Assembly: GCA_964627305.1 (NCBI GenBank)
Contig: CAZVHP010000005.1
Coordinates: 162,458 to 226,457 of the forward strand
Reading direction: 5' to 3'
DNA: 64,000 nucleotides
From: an uncultured Ignavibacteriales bacterium
Lineage (GTDB): Bacteria; Zixibacteria; MSB-5A5; GN15; FEB-12
Within the stretch, counting starts at the first letter, position 1. Each line of letters opens with the position of its first letter. The notes beneath the pieces are model-generated. The model saw only the letters and a list, made by a program, of their open reading frames with translations. It was not told the origin of the DNA and did no database searches. Positions 30,419-40,194 of the stretch are shown in pieces. The translations under genes and the position numbers were made by a program.

Positions 30419-30617
30419 CTCCCGTTTGAATTAGGTATGTTTGAACGTGTAGTGTGCAAGCGTATAACCCTGTTTAATTTAAGACGGGAATATAGGTTAG
30501 CCCCAGGACAAGGGCAAGCCAAAATTGACTTTTGGATAGACCTTAGCCCCATTACAGCAATGGCCCGGCACGAGCCGGGCCAGCTTATGGACAAAACGGA
30601 CGATTTGCAGTAAAGGC

Positions 30618-31997
30618 CTATTGGGACAAGCGAGTAACCTCAACCACAATGGATGGGAAGCCGTACAGGGGGTCGTTCGATCGCGACCAGTTGGTCATGT
30701 AGTAATTCTGGACAACCAGCCCCCCCTCCTTGTACTGGAGCTGGGAACGATACTGCGGCAGCGAACCGGCCAGTAGTATCAAGGGGAAGTTGGCATCCGA
30801 ATCGAAATTGATCGGCTCCAGCGTAATCATGGCGGAACCGCGAGAGACACCGTCCACCAAGACCAACTGGGCAGGAGAGCATGGAGTGTTGAAGAAATCC
30901 ATGCCCGGATACGGCGGAACACGGTCGCTCATCGAATAGGAGTTGTCATCATCGGGACCGTCGATTATGTCAAAGAATCCGGTGCTGATCAGTCGCCCCG
31001 AACTGGCACCGGGGATCCAGCTATTCTGGCCAACATCCACCGGCCATCCCGGAAAATTCATAGCAGCACCGCAGTTCTCAGGGATAGCATCCGACACGGC
31101 CCATCCGCGATAACGCCACCCGAAGTCGGCAGAGTAGTCGATGAAGAGCGTATCCAAAAGCAGATACTCACCATAGACAGTAATGGTGGAGTCGCTGGCA
31201 ACGGTGTATACGAGATCGAAGGTTCTATTGTAGATAAACGGAGGAGAGGTAGCGACCTTCACTTCGGCATCATAGCGCACGACGGTCCGAGGTACGGTAT
31301 CCCAGAAACCGAAAACAGTATCCACAATCTCGGTTCTGATGTTGTAAATCGACTCGACATACGTGGTGAATGTCGTATCCCCGACAAAGGTATCCAATAC
31401 CAGAGTCCAGCTGGACAGGGCCAGCGTATCGCGAACAACACCGCGCCTCTCTCGGTAGCTCGTGAACCATAGGCCGGAGCCGTCGTTCTCGTCGCGGTTG
31501 CCATCGGAAGGCGTTTCAAGATTGAACATGGCCGTATTGAACCATAGTGAATCAGATAAGGGGAAACGCAGCTTGATGGGGTTTTCATAGAACGTAGTAA
31601 CGGTATCCCATAGCATGACCGGGCCGGGGCCGATCGAAGGAACATCCGTCTGCTCGACACTCACCAGCATCACTTCGTAGTTGAGCACATCCTCCTCAAG
31701 AAGGAACCTGCCCCCATCGGCGCGATCGGAGCCGTCCGCGTTGAGGAACACCCGTCGGTCGAAGTCATAGCCGAACCGGCCCAACGACACAGCACTGACA
31801 GCCCAATTGCTGAAGCTCTCAGCTACCCACAACTCGTAGACCATCCCGTCCGGCAGGGTGGGCAGTCTTTGCGGCTGAAGATTCAGTTCGGTGCTGCTGG
31901 CGGGGACGAAGACATCGTCAGGCTGATCGCACCCCCAGATCAGACCGAGCGACAGTAGTAACAAACAACCGACCAACCACTTAAAACGATTTGGCAT
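30618..31997 (-). CDS. Lipoprotein of unknown function
   Basis: MPNRFKWLVGCLLLLSLGLIWGC is a signal peptide with a lipobox. I recognise no catalytic motif. Confidence 0.5.
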   Translation of the reverse strand: MPNRFKWLVGCLLLLSLGLIWGCDQPDDVFVPASSTELNLQPQRLPTLPDGMVYELWVAESFSNWAVSAVSLGRFGYDFDRRVFLNADGSDRADGGRFLLEEDVLNYEVMLVSVEQTDVPSIGPGPVMLWDTVTTFYENPIKLRFPLSDSLWFNTAMFNLETPSDGNRDENDGSGLWFTSYRERRGVVRDTLALSSWTLVLDTFVGDTTFTTYVESIYNIRTEIVDTVFGFWDTVPRTVVRYDAEVKVATSPPFIYNRTFDLVYTVASDSTITVYGEYLLLDTLFIDYSADFGWRYRGWAVSDAIPENCGAAMNFPGWPVDVGQNSWIPGASSGRLISTGFFDIIDGPDDDNSYSMSDRVPPYPGMDFFNTPCSPAQLVLVDGVSRGSAMITLEPINFDSDANFPLILLAGSLPQYRSQLQYKEGGLVVQNYYMTNWSRSNDPLYGFPSIVVEVTRLSQ

Positions 31998-32226
31998 CTA
32001 CCTTTTCCTCCTCCGACCGACGGTGGTCGGATAACCACTATTCAACCAATAATCGCGAAGTATAACACCGCTTCTTAGCAACTGTCAACCCCATTTTGTA
32101 AGCCGTTTCGGCCTTTAGTGACAGGACGACCCTGAGGACCGTCTTATCTAAAGAAAACTGCAAGGGCAGTCGATAATTGGGAAAAGCATGCTTTCTGTTT
32201 AGCCTTCAGATGAAAGGTATGATCCA

Positions 32227-34401
32227 GTGAAGAGCTGCTCCCGCTGCGGACAAGAGATTCCTCTCACCAATTCCAGATATTGCCCGAACTGCGGCAACGA
32301 GTTAGACAGCCGGCCCTATTCTGAGTCCCCAACTGACTATGATGATCTTGAGTTCCAGGTCACTGAGGCTGCCGAGGATGACCGGCATCTGGTCGGACAG
32401 GACACCGTGCCCGAGCCGATCGGTGAGGAGTTGGGCGTTCTTCCGCCCCATGAGGAGATCTCCGAGCCGCAATCGTACCATGAAGACCGCCGGCCCGGGG
32501 ACGTGCCTATCAACGACCTGAACCCGGCAGAGGGTCTGGCACCCATTCTGTCCGAGCCGTCTGGGTCCAGCCAACAGGAGCAACCACCGCTGCTGTCATC
32601 TGACTCTCCGTTTGACTCTGAGGAGCTGAGCGAAACTTCTCGTCAGCAACTCAAGAAACTGAGTGAAGACGAGATCAAGCAGATCAACCAGCAAATGTAT
32701 GCCAGGGAACAAGTGCCGGATCCGTCCGCCGCCGCCCTGAGCGAACAGCAGAAACAAGAGCTGGTAACCAAACTCAAAGGTATTGAACGCCCCTTCGGCA
32801 ATGAACCAATCAGGCCGGGCGATGCCTCGTCGCCTGCGCCCCCGGATAGATCCAGTGTCGACAGGAACTCGTCCACGACGGAATCAGTCGCCCCAGCCCA
32901 ACCAGCCGAAGACCGGTCAGGTGTTAAAATGGCAACCCACGGCCAGGGAACTGCCTTCTTCTGGAAGAACTACATCCAGATCATGAGCAATCAATCGCTG
33001 AAGTCTGAGGACACAATTACCATAGGCAATCGCATATACTCTCTGAGGCCGAAGCAGATCAACATGCCCATGGTCATTGGTGGGGGTAGTGCTGTTGTTG
33101 CGCTCCTGCTGATTCTGATCGCAGTAGCCGTGTTCTCAGGCGGCGACTCCGGCACGGGCAAGATATTCGGCATCGCTTTGGATGCCTATGATCAGCCGTA
33201 TGTCCAATCCGCCATCATACGTTTCCCCGAACTGGGGCGGGAACTACGCTCCGACGCACAGGGTTTCTTCGCTCTTGACGGCCTGAACACCGGGACCTAC
33301 AAGATTGAGTATGTCATCGGCGCGCAAATCGTAAGGACTGATTTTGCCACGGTTGTCAACGACAAGATCACCACAGTGGCACTGCGGCCGGAGTATGCAA
33401 ATGACGACAGCGGGGACCAAGAGCTGTCTGACTCCGATATGGATTCGGAGTCTCACGCCGCGGATCGCACAACGCTTGTTTCCGCCCCGAAACAGAAGCC
33501 CAGTCAAGGTACTCGCTCGTCCAACCGTCCGGGAAGTCTCGTCCTCTCGGCCAATGTCGACAATGCGCGGCTGAGCATCGACGGTGACATCCTTGGCGTC
33601 GGCAATCTCACATATACAGGCATCAAGGCCGGCAAGCGCCGCTGGGAAGTCAGTGCTGATGGATACAAGACAGCCAGCGGTAGTCTCACCCTGGCCTCGG
33701 GCGACCAGCAGACTATCAAGGTAACCCTTCAGCCGCTCGAAAGAGAGAAGCCCCCGGCCGAACGCGCTATGGACCTCCTGGTTGAAGGCCAGGAAGCGCT
33801 CAAAGCGGATGATTACATGCTGGCCACAGAGCAGTTGAAGAAAGCTATCAAGCTCGACCCCTCTTTGGCTGAGGCCCATTTCGAACTCGGAGAGGCAATG
33901 CGCTACGCGGCCGAGCACGAAGCAGCCTACGATCACTATCTGAAGGCAGCCGATATTTTCCGCTTACGGCAGCAGCGTAATGCGGCCCTGACCGCTCTGA
34001 ACCGAGCGATCGAACTCAATGGCAGCCGTACCGATGCCTATGTCGGGCGAGCCGGAGTGTATCTTGACAATAACTCCGTGCAAATCGCAATCGATGATCT
34101 GGAGACGGCCGAGAAGATCGACAAAAATGACCCACAGGTTCAGTATGGCCTCGGGGAAGCCTACTACACACTCGCTGACTACAAGAAGGCCACCAAGTAC
34201 TTCGACAAAGCTCGCAAGCTGTCACCGCAGGATCCGCTGCCCTATCAGGCGCTCATGCTTTGCTATGCTGCCCGTGAGGATCACAAGAGGGTTCGCAGAA
34301 CGCACGAGGAGTTCATGTCGATTGCGTCTGATCAGGACGTCAAGCGCTTCCGTACCGACAATGCGTACAGCTCGGTGTGGAAGGTGGTCGATTCGGAATA
34401 A
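32227..34401 (+). CDS. Multidomain membrane protein: N-terminal zinc ribbon, disordered linker, TM helix, CarboxypepD_reg-like and PEGA-like beta-sandwich domains, C-terminal TPR repeats
   Basis: CSRCGQEIPLTNSRYCPNCGNEL (zinc ribbon); TM VIGGGSAVVALLLILIAVAVF; GKIFGIALDAYDQP...GFFALDGLNTGTYKIEY; LVLSANVDNARLSIDGD...YKTASGSLTL; TPR-like AEAHFELGEAMRY.../QVQYGLGEAYYTLADYKKATKYFDKARKLSP. GTG start. Confidence 0.65.
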   Translation: MKSCSRCGQEIPLTNSRYCPNCGNELDSRPYSESPTDYDDLEFQVTEAAEDDRHLVGQDTVPEPIGEELGVLPPHEEISEPQSYHEDRRPGDVPINDLNPAEGLAPILSEPSGSSQQEQPPLLSSDSPFDSEELSETSRQQLKKLSEDEIKQINQQMYAREQVPDPSAAALSEQQKQELVTKLKGIERPFGNEPIRPGDASSPAPPDRSSVDRNSSTTESVAPAQPAEDRSGVKMATHGQGTAFFWKNYIQIMSNQSLKSEDTITIGNRIYSLRPKQINMPMVIGGGSAVVALLLILIAVAVFSGGDSGTGKIFGIALDAYDQPYVQSAIIRFPELGRELRSDAQGFFALDGLNTGTYKIEYVIGAQIVRTDFATVVNDKITTVALRPEYANDDSGDQELSDSDMDSESHAADRTTLVSAPKQKPSQGTRSSNRPGSLVLSANVDNARLSIDGDILGVGNLTYTGIKAGKRRWEVSADGYKTASGSLTLASGDQQTIKVTLQPLEREKPPAERAMDLLVEGQEALKADDYMLATEQLKKAIKLDPSLAEAHFELGEAMRYAAEHEAAYDHYLKAADIFRLRQQRNAALTALNRAIELNGSRTDAYVGRAGVYLDNNSVQIAIDDLETAEKIDKNDPQVQYGLGEAYYTLADYKKATKYFDKARKLSPQDPLPYQALMLCYAAREDHKRVRRTHEEFMSIASDQDVKRFRTDNAYSSVWKVVDSE

Positions 34402-34423
34402 AGTTCCAGGAGTACGTTATACT

Positions 34424-34726
34424 ATGCACCACAAGATCAACTGCTGGCAATTCAACAATTGCGGTCGCGAGCCCGGCGGACTGATGGCCGAACACGACGG
34501 CGTGTGCCCGGTGGCAACAGCCATGAAGTTTGACGGACTGAACGGCGGCCAGAAGGCTGGACGCGTGTGCTGGCTGGTCAAGGCCCAGAGCCACGATCAC
34601 GCTCGTCAAATGCGCTGCTTCGGCAGGAGTTGTCACACCTGTGACTTCTATCGTCGAGTCATGTTCGAAGAGGCCGATGTCGCCATAGCCAGATTCAGCA
34701 GTGAAATGGCCAGGCTGGGCGAGTAG
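34424..34726 (+). CDS. Small Cys-rich protein resembling the 'two-CW' domain
   Basis: MHHKINCWQFNNCGREPGG...GVCPVAT...NGGQKAGRVCWLV...CFGRSCHTCDFY carries 8 Cys and two CW dipeptides. An AGGAG RBS lies 11 nt upstream. Only the last 100 codons of track ORF 34019..34726 are taken. Confidence 0.6.
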   Translation: MHHKINCWQFNNCGREPGGLMAEHDGVCPVATAMKFDGLNGGQKAGRVCWLVKAQSHDHARQMRCFGRSCHTCDFYRRVMFEEADVAIARFSSEMARLGE

Positions 34727-34949
34727 TCTCGCTCTCACAAATCAGACGACGCTTTCCGACGACGACGCTACAACACATATGTTAGAACACATGTGGCGTC
34801 GTCACCTGACGCTCTTTCCACACCACGGACGTTGCCTCTGCTGCGGCAGCAGATTACCACCTCCACGACAATTCACTTGCCCGCGGAACTCTGTCGGTCT
34901 ATCCTTCGTACCAAATCACAGAACACCAGGCACAACCGATGGAGGAACC

Positions 34950-36893
34950 ATGTTTCGGAGATCCAATACGTTACTGATCGCAGCAGTTGTGATCCTCATG
35001 ACAGGTTTGGCTGCAGCGCAAACCAGCGGCGAAGCCACCTCACTACTTCACAAGGGCAAGTACGTTCCCGACATAGCTACGTTCCTGCAAATCGGTGCCA
35101 ACTCGCCGGCGGGAGTTTGCTGGGATGACGGAACGATCTTTATCACATCAGGTGCCTCGGGAGCCACTCAGGTGTATCGGCTCACTCCTGAAGGCTGGCC
35201 CTATCAGCTGACGATGTTCGAAGACGGGATTAGTTTCTTCGAACTTAGCCATGCGGGCCATCTTGCCATCGTCGGCGCAGATGTTGGCGGATCGGAGCAG
35301 TCGCAGTTGTACCTCATGGACACCCAGACCGGCCGCATTCTGCAGCTGACCCACTATGAGGACATCCAGTTCGGCTCAGTGGTGTGGTCACGGGACGATT
35401 CGAAGATCTACTTTCGATCCAATGAAGAGAACGGTCGTGATTTCCATATCTACGAAATGGACATTGCTACTGGCGAACACAAGAAGATCTTCGGCGATAC
35501 CAGCGGCGTGCACGGCTATCTGGCTATCGCCAATATCAACCATGACAATACCAGGATGATTATCTACCGCTTCAACAGCAATGTCGACAACGAACTATAT
35601 TTGCTGGACGTGGCCAGCGGTCAATACCAACGGCTGACCGAGGACGATAGCGACGTCATGTACATGTCCCCAACACTCATGCCCGATGGCCGCACGATAT
35701 GGTTGGTGTGCAACGACAACGAGGACGGCATGGGCCGTCTGGCCAGGCTGACTGTCGGCAGCACGAAGATCGAGTTCGTCGATGATGGTTGGCTGGATCC
35801 CCGCTGGGAAGTCGAGGGTGTCGCCTTCTCCCGCGACTACAGGATTATGATTGCCGGCATCAACGAGGAGGGTTATGTCCGACTGCGTATTCGTGAAGTG
35901 GAGACAGGCAAACAGCTGCCCTCTCCCCCGTTGGACGGCATTATGGGCGGCGGCCTGACAGACAGGGCCGGCAACATCGTGCTCTCGTTCAACGGCCCCA
36001 CGCGCGCACCTGACGTGTGGCGATGGAACCCGTACACCGAAGAGCTTACGCAGCTTACGTTCTCCAGCTATGCCGGTATCGACCAGAGCATCTTCTCCGA
36101 CCCGACGCTGGTGAAGTTCGAGAGCTTCGATAACCTCGAGATCCCCGCCCTGCTCTACCTCCCCCCTGGGTACACCGAGGGTGAGCCGATACCCTTCATA
36201 GTCCATGCCCATGGTGGCCCTGAGAGTCAGTTCCAGCCGTACTTCCAGCGCAATATCCAGTACCTGATACTCAATGGCTACGGTCTGCTGGCTGTCAACC
36301 CACGTGGTTCGAGCGGTTATGGCCGGGACTACCTGAACCTTGACAACTACAAGAACCGCAAGCATTCGCTGTACGACTACAAGGCCGCTGTCGACTGGCT
36401 CATCGACAACGGATACACCGAGCAGGGAATGATCGGCATCAGGGGCGCATCGTATGGCGGCTACGTCGTACTGGGCATGATTACCGAGTATCCAGACCTC
36501 TTCTCTGCAGCGGTCAACGTTGTCGGAATTGCCAATTTCGAGACCTTCCTCAAGAATACAGCCGACTATCGACGCGCACTGCGCGAATCCGAATACGGTC
36601 CCCTCTCGGACACCGCCTTTCTGCGTGAGATATCCCCCATCCACAAGGCGCACTTGATCAAAACGCCGCTGCTGGTGGTGCACGGAGAAAACGATCCCCG
36701 CGTCCCGGTCAGCGAGGCACGTCAGATCATATCCGCCGTGAGCGAAAACGGTGGCATTGTGGATTCGTTGATCTTCCCCGATGAAGGTCACGGTACCAGT
36801 AAGCGTGTCAATATAATCGCCGAGTACCGCAAGCAGGTCGAATTCTTCGATCGCCACCTGAAGAAGTTAACCGTGGAGAAATCGGAGGGATAG
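34950..36893 (+). CDS. S9 family serine peptidase (prolyl oligopeptidase / acylaminoacyl-peptidase type) with N-terminal beta-propeller
   Basis: Signal peptide MFRRSNTLLIAAVVILMTGLAAAQ and a catalytic triad context of GIRGASYGGY (Ser), HGENDPRV (Asp) and FPDEGHG (His). The start at ATG 34950 is preceded by GGAGGA. Confidence 0.85.
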   Translation: MFRRSNTLLIAAVVILMTGLAAAQTSGEATSLLHKGKYVPDIATFLQIGANSPAGVCWDDGTIFITSGASGATQVYRLTPEGWPYQLTMFEDGISFFELSHAGHLAIVGADVGGSEQSQLYLMDTQTGRILQLTHYEDIQFGSVVWSRDDSKIYFRSNEENGRDFHIYEMDIATGEHKKIFGDTSGVHGYLAIANINHDNTRMIIYRFNSNVDNELYLLDVASGQYQRLTEDDSDVMYMSPTLMPDGRTIWLVCNDNEDGMGRLARLTVGSTKIEFVDDGWLDPRWEVEGVAFSRDYRIMIAGINEEGYVRLRIREVETGKQLPSPPLDGIMGGGLTDRAGNIVLSFNGPTRAPDVWRWNPYTEELTQLTFSSYAGIDQSIFSDPTLVKFESFDNLEIPALLYLPPGYTEGEPIPFIVHAHGGPESQFQPYFQRNIQYLILNGYGLLAVNPRGSSGYGRDYLNLDNYKNRKHSLYDYKAAVDWLIDNGYTEQGMIGIRGASYGGYVVLGMITEYPDLFSAAVNVVGIANFETFLKNTADYRRALRESEYGPLSDTAFLREISPIHKAHLIKTPLLVVHGENDPRVPVSEARQIISAVSENGGIVDSLIFPDEGHGTSKRVNIIAEYRKQVEFFDRHLKKLTVEKSEG

Positions 36894-36931
36894 TATAGTA
36901 CAGTACCGATAGCACCCCGGTAACCTAAGAT

Positions 36932-36976
36932 ACAAGTTCGGCCGGTCGGAGACCTTCTCCGACCGGCCGAACTTGT
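36932..36976. terminator. Long perfect hairpin between convergent genes (bidirectional terminator)
   Basis: ACAAGTTCGGCCGGTCGGAGA-CCT-TCTCCGACCGGCCGAACTTGT, a 21-bp perfect stem. Confidence 0.65.
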
Positions 36977-37012
36977 GCCGGTTGACGTCAAAGTTCAGTC
37001 GCAAGCAACTGG

Positions 37013-37429
37013 CTACTCGCCAATCACCTTCACCAGAACCCGCTTATCGCGGTTGCCGTCGAACTCCCCGTAGAAGATCTGCTCCCAGGGCCCGAAGTCG
37101 AGCTTTCCCTCGGTGACGGCCACCACCACCTCCCGCCCCATGATCTGCCGCTTCATGTGAGCGTCGGCGTTGTCTTCACCGACATTGTGGCGATACATCG
37201 ACACCGGTTCGTGCGGAGCCAACTTCTCCAGCCACACCTCGTAATCGTGGTGCAGCCCGGACTCGTCATCATTGACAAAGACGCTGGCGGTGATGTGCAT
37301 GGCATTGACCAGCACCAGTCCCTCGGTGACTTTGCTCTCGGCCAGCACCTTCTCGACGTGAGGTGTGATATTGATGAACCCGCGTCGTCCCTTCACATGG
37401 AATGTCAGATACTTACGGTGGCTTTTCAT
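37013..37429 (-). CDS. YjbQ/UPF0047 family protein (secondary thiamine-phosphate synthase-like)
   Basis: [25 protein letters not shown]...[25 protein letters not shown]...[19 protein letters not shown] matches the YjbQ pattern. The start is at the internal ATG (37427-37429). Confidence 0.78.
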   Translation of the reverse strand: MKSHRKYLTFHVKGRRGFINITPHVEKVLAESKVTEGLVLVNAMHITASVFVNDDESGLHHDYEVWLEKLAPHEPVSMYRHNVGEDNADAHMKRQIMGREVVVAVTEGKLDFGPWEQIFYGEFDGNRDKRVLVKVIGE

Positions 37430-37584
37430 AATCGTCTCCCTTATTGTCTTCCTTGTGACCAGCACCAGGCAACTGCTGTGCCGCACAGGAGAAACACAAC
37501 GACCGCACATGGCCGCTGCGGAGCCCGTCAGAAACTACTGGAAATGATTAGGATGTAACTGCCATCTGCCCGAACACCACCAGG

Positions 37585-38067
37585 TCAGGATGCCAGGTCA
37601 TCAATCCAGGCGTTGACAGAGAAACGATCCAGCAACTCTGCCTGCAGCAACTTGGCGTCGGCTCTGCTGGCAAAACTGCCGATCCGGATACGGTAGTACG
37701 TCTCGCCGCCTACCTGTGCCGTCGTCACAAACGGATCATATCCGCGCTGCCGGTAGAGCTCTATCAACTCACTGGCATAATCCATATCGATGGTGGCCGC
37801 AACCTGAACCGTGAAACCCTCGTCTGCGGGAGCCTGCGGCATCGGTGTTGATGGACGCGGTTCTCTGGGGACGGCCTGGGCGTCGGCCTGCCTTTTAGCC
37901 ACGGTGACAGTGTCGGCTGGGGTTGTTGCTCCAGGCAGTGTATCGCCGGCCTTTCGTTCGAGCAGCTCCATTTCCAGCTTGGCGGCCTCTTCCTTCTTCT
38001 CCTTGGAGCATCCCAATCCCAGCATCATGACGCCAACAGCAAGCAACGTAAGCGCAAACAGCCTCAT
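37585..38067 (-). CDS. SPOR domain lipoprotein
   Basis: Signal peptide with lipobox (MMLGLGCS). The C-terminal FTVQVAATIDMDYASELIELYRQRGYDPFVT...YYRIRIGSFASRADAKLLQAEL is a SPOR fold pattern. Confidence 0.75.
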   Translation of the reverse strand: MRLFALTLLAVGVMMLGLGCSKEKKEEAAKLEMELLERKAGDTLPGATTPADTVTVAKRQADAQAVPREPRPSTPMPQAPADEGFTVQVAATIDMDYASELIELYRQRGYDPFVTTAQVGGETYYRIRIGSFASRADAKLLQAELLDRFSVNAWIDDLAS

Positions 38068-38302
38068 GTCTCCTCCAGCGAGCAGCGACCGGATGCCCCA
38101 GCGCCAGCCCTGTCTAATTGTCCTTCACCGATTCGTCAGCAGAAATGTGTCAGGTCCTTCTAACATTCTGCACCACAACGATATTAACACCCCTCAGGGG
38201 GAGTTGTCAACCTAAAATCCGACTGAGAATTTAGCACGATTTCTTGTTGAATCATGTATAACAAATGAATACTATGCCAAAACCTTGAGAAGACAGACGA
38301 TC

Positions 38303-39292
38303 ATGCGAGCTTACGAAGACATACTGCAACTTGTCGGCCATACCCCCCTGTTGAGGCTGAAGACCGGGATACCAGACCCGGGACCACGGGCATACGTCAA
38401 ACTCGAATTCTTCAACCCAACCGGTTCGATCAAAGACCGGATGACGTTCCACATTCTCAGGAAGGCCCTCGCCGAAGGACACCTGAAGCCGGGCGACACG
38501 GTCATCGACAACACCTCCGGCAATACCGGATCAGCCCTCGCCATGATGGCTTCCGTGATGGGCCTGAAAGCCATCCTGACAACGCCGGAGAAAACCAGCA
38601 AAGAGAAGACGGACCTGATTCACTCCTACGGTGCCGAGGTGATCGTCACGCCCTCCGACCTCCCGCATGAACACCCGGAGGGATGCTTCATGGTGGCCCG
38701 TCGACTGGCCCAAGAGAACGGCTATTTCGACCTGAACCAGTACCACAGCCCGGAGAACATCGAGGCCCACTACGTAAGCACGGGACCCGAGATCTGGGAA
38801 GATACTCGCGGCAGCATTACTCACTTCGTGTGCGGCATTGGTACCGGCGGAACCTTCTCCGGGACTGCCCGTTTCCTGAAAGAGAAGAATCCGCACATCA
38901 GGTGCATCGCGGTCGACCCGGAGGGATCAGTGTTGGCGGACTACATCAAGGATCGACGGGAAGTCGAGGGCCACGCATACAAGGTTGAGGGCATCGGGTC
39001 CGATGTCATCACGCGCGCCCTGTTGCCCGAGCTGGTCGATGAAGTAATCACGGTCTCGGACCGTGACTCCTTTGAACGCGCCCGGCTGGTGGCCCGCAAC
39101 GAGGGCCTTCTCGGCGGCGGGTCATCGGGATCAGTGGCGTTTGCCATGGAACAGGTCGCCCGCAGCGTGAGCGAACGGTCCGTCATTATCGGGATTTTCG
39201 CCGATGCCGGAATCCGCTACCTGAGCAAGTGCTATAATGATGACTGGATGCGGGCGCAGGGATACCTGCCGGCACTGGAACTGGAAAAGTGA
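38303..39292 (+). CDS. PLP-dependent cysteine synthase family protein (CysK/CysM/CBS-like)
   Basis: HTPLLRL...KLEFFNPTGSIKDRM (PLP Lys), SGNTGSALA, GIGTGGTFSG. Start at ATG 38303. Confidence 0.85.
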   Translation: MRAYEDILQLVGHTPLLRLKTGIPDPGPRAYVKLEFFNPTGSIKDRMTFHILRKALAEGHLKPGDTVIDNTSGNTGSALAMMASVMGLKAILTTPEKTSKEKTDLIHSYGAEVIVTPSDLPHEHPEGCFMVARRLAQENGYFDLNQYHSPENIEAHYVSTGPEIWEDTRGSITHFVCGIGTGGTFSGTARFLKEKNPHIRCIAVDPEGSVLADYIKDRREVEGHAYKVEGIGSDVITRALLPELVDEVITVSDRDSFERARLVARNEGLLGGGSSGSVAFAMEQVARSVSERSVIIGIFADAGIRYLSKCYNDDWMRAQGYLPALELEK

Positions 39293-39294
39293 TC

Positions 39295-40011
39295 ATGACA
39301 ACGAACCTGAGTACAACATTCACAATCACTATGGCGCTGATGCTTCTGCTCACCAGTGCCATTCACGCGGCGGGTCAGGAGTATTCACGGGACGACCTGG
39401 TGTTTCAGCCACAGGTATTCGAGTACGGGAGTATCGGTATCGACTACTCCGTTCATCATGACTTTCACCTGATCAACCAAGGCAGGATGCCCGTTAGAAT
39501 TCTGGACACCGAGATTGACTGCGATTGCACTACCCTGCGACTTTCCGACAGCGTCGCGGCACCGGGGGACACCATCGTCCTCAAGACAAAGCTCAAAACG
39601 AGCAATCTCTATGGCCCGACAGGCAAATCTGTTATTGTTGTTACCGATCACCCCCTTCTCGAGCGAATCGAGTATCGGTTTCCGGCCGAGGTTGGTCAGT
39701 GGAGCCAGGGGTTCAAGCCCCTGCCACTCGGTCTGATGTTCCTGCCGGGAGCCAAGCCCCAGGAAGTCCGTATCTGGAACCGGCACTTCCCCAGAGCGAC
39801 AATGGAAATCGCCGATCAATACGACAGCACTTTCACCGTGGAGCTGGTCAAGGCCAGTGTAGCAAAGGGTGAGATGCTGACGCTTAGTGTATCACCGAAC
39901 AAGGACTTGCCACCCGGCACGCACACTTCGAACTTCACTCTCAGCATTGTACGTGAGGGTAAGGAAACGCCCGTCCGTCTGACGATTCCGGTCAAAGCGG
40001 TCAAATACTAA
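39295..40011 (+). CDS. DUF1573 domain protein, paralogue 3
   Basis: Signal peptide, FEYGSIGIDYSVHHDFHLINQGRMPVRILDTEIDCDCTTLRL, and a C-terminal module ending RLTIPVKAVKY. The start overlaps the cysteine-synthase stop (GTGATCATG). Confidence 0.75.
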   Translation: MTTNLSTTFTITMALMLLLTSAIHAAGQEYSRDDLVFQPQVFEYGSIGIDYSVHHDFHLINQGRMPVRILDTEIDCDCTTLRLSDSVAAPGDTIVLKTKLKTSNLYGPTGKSVIVVTDHPLLERIEYRFPAEVGQWSQGFKPLPLGLMFLPGAKPQEVRIWNRHFPRATMEIADQYDSTFTVELVKASVAKGEMLTLSVSPNKDLPPGTHTSNFTLSIVREGKETPVRLTIPVKAVKY

Positions 40012-40159
40012 GCGCTCTCAGCGCTAATCACATTGGAAATCAATGCCGCGAGTGCACTTAGCTGCTGAATTAGTTCCGGGAGAACTCTGTGGGCATGGCA
40101 ATACACAACTACACATTAGAATAGTGTGAGAAAACGACGATATTTTGTTGTAAAACGGC

Positions 40160-40188
40160 TTGACAAGTCCGGTTTGTGCAGCAATATT
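40160..40188 (+). promoter_or_regulatory. Sigma70-like promoter (TTGACA-17 nt-AATATT) in an otherwise gene-less spacer
   Basis: TTGACA at 40160-40165, a 17-nt spacer, then AATATT at 40183-40188. Confidence 0.4.
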
Positions 40189-40194
40189 GAAAAC

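Noticed and set aside
34019-34726. 235-aa ORF taken as a single protein.
   Set aside because: Its first roughly 127 codons overlap the 3' end of the TPR gene (32227..34401) in a different frame and look non-protein-like. Only the segment from ATG 34424, which has its own RBS, is kept.
35595-36857. 420-aa minus-strand ORF.
   Set aside because: Shadow ORF antisense to the S9 peptidase, which carries the GxSxGG/Asp/His triad on the plus strand.
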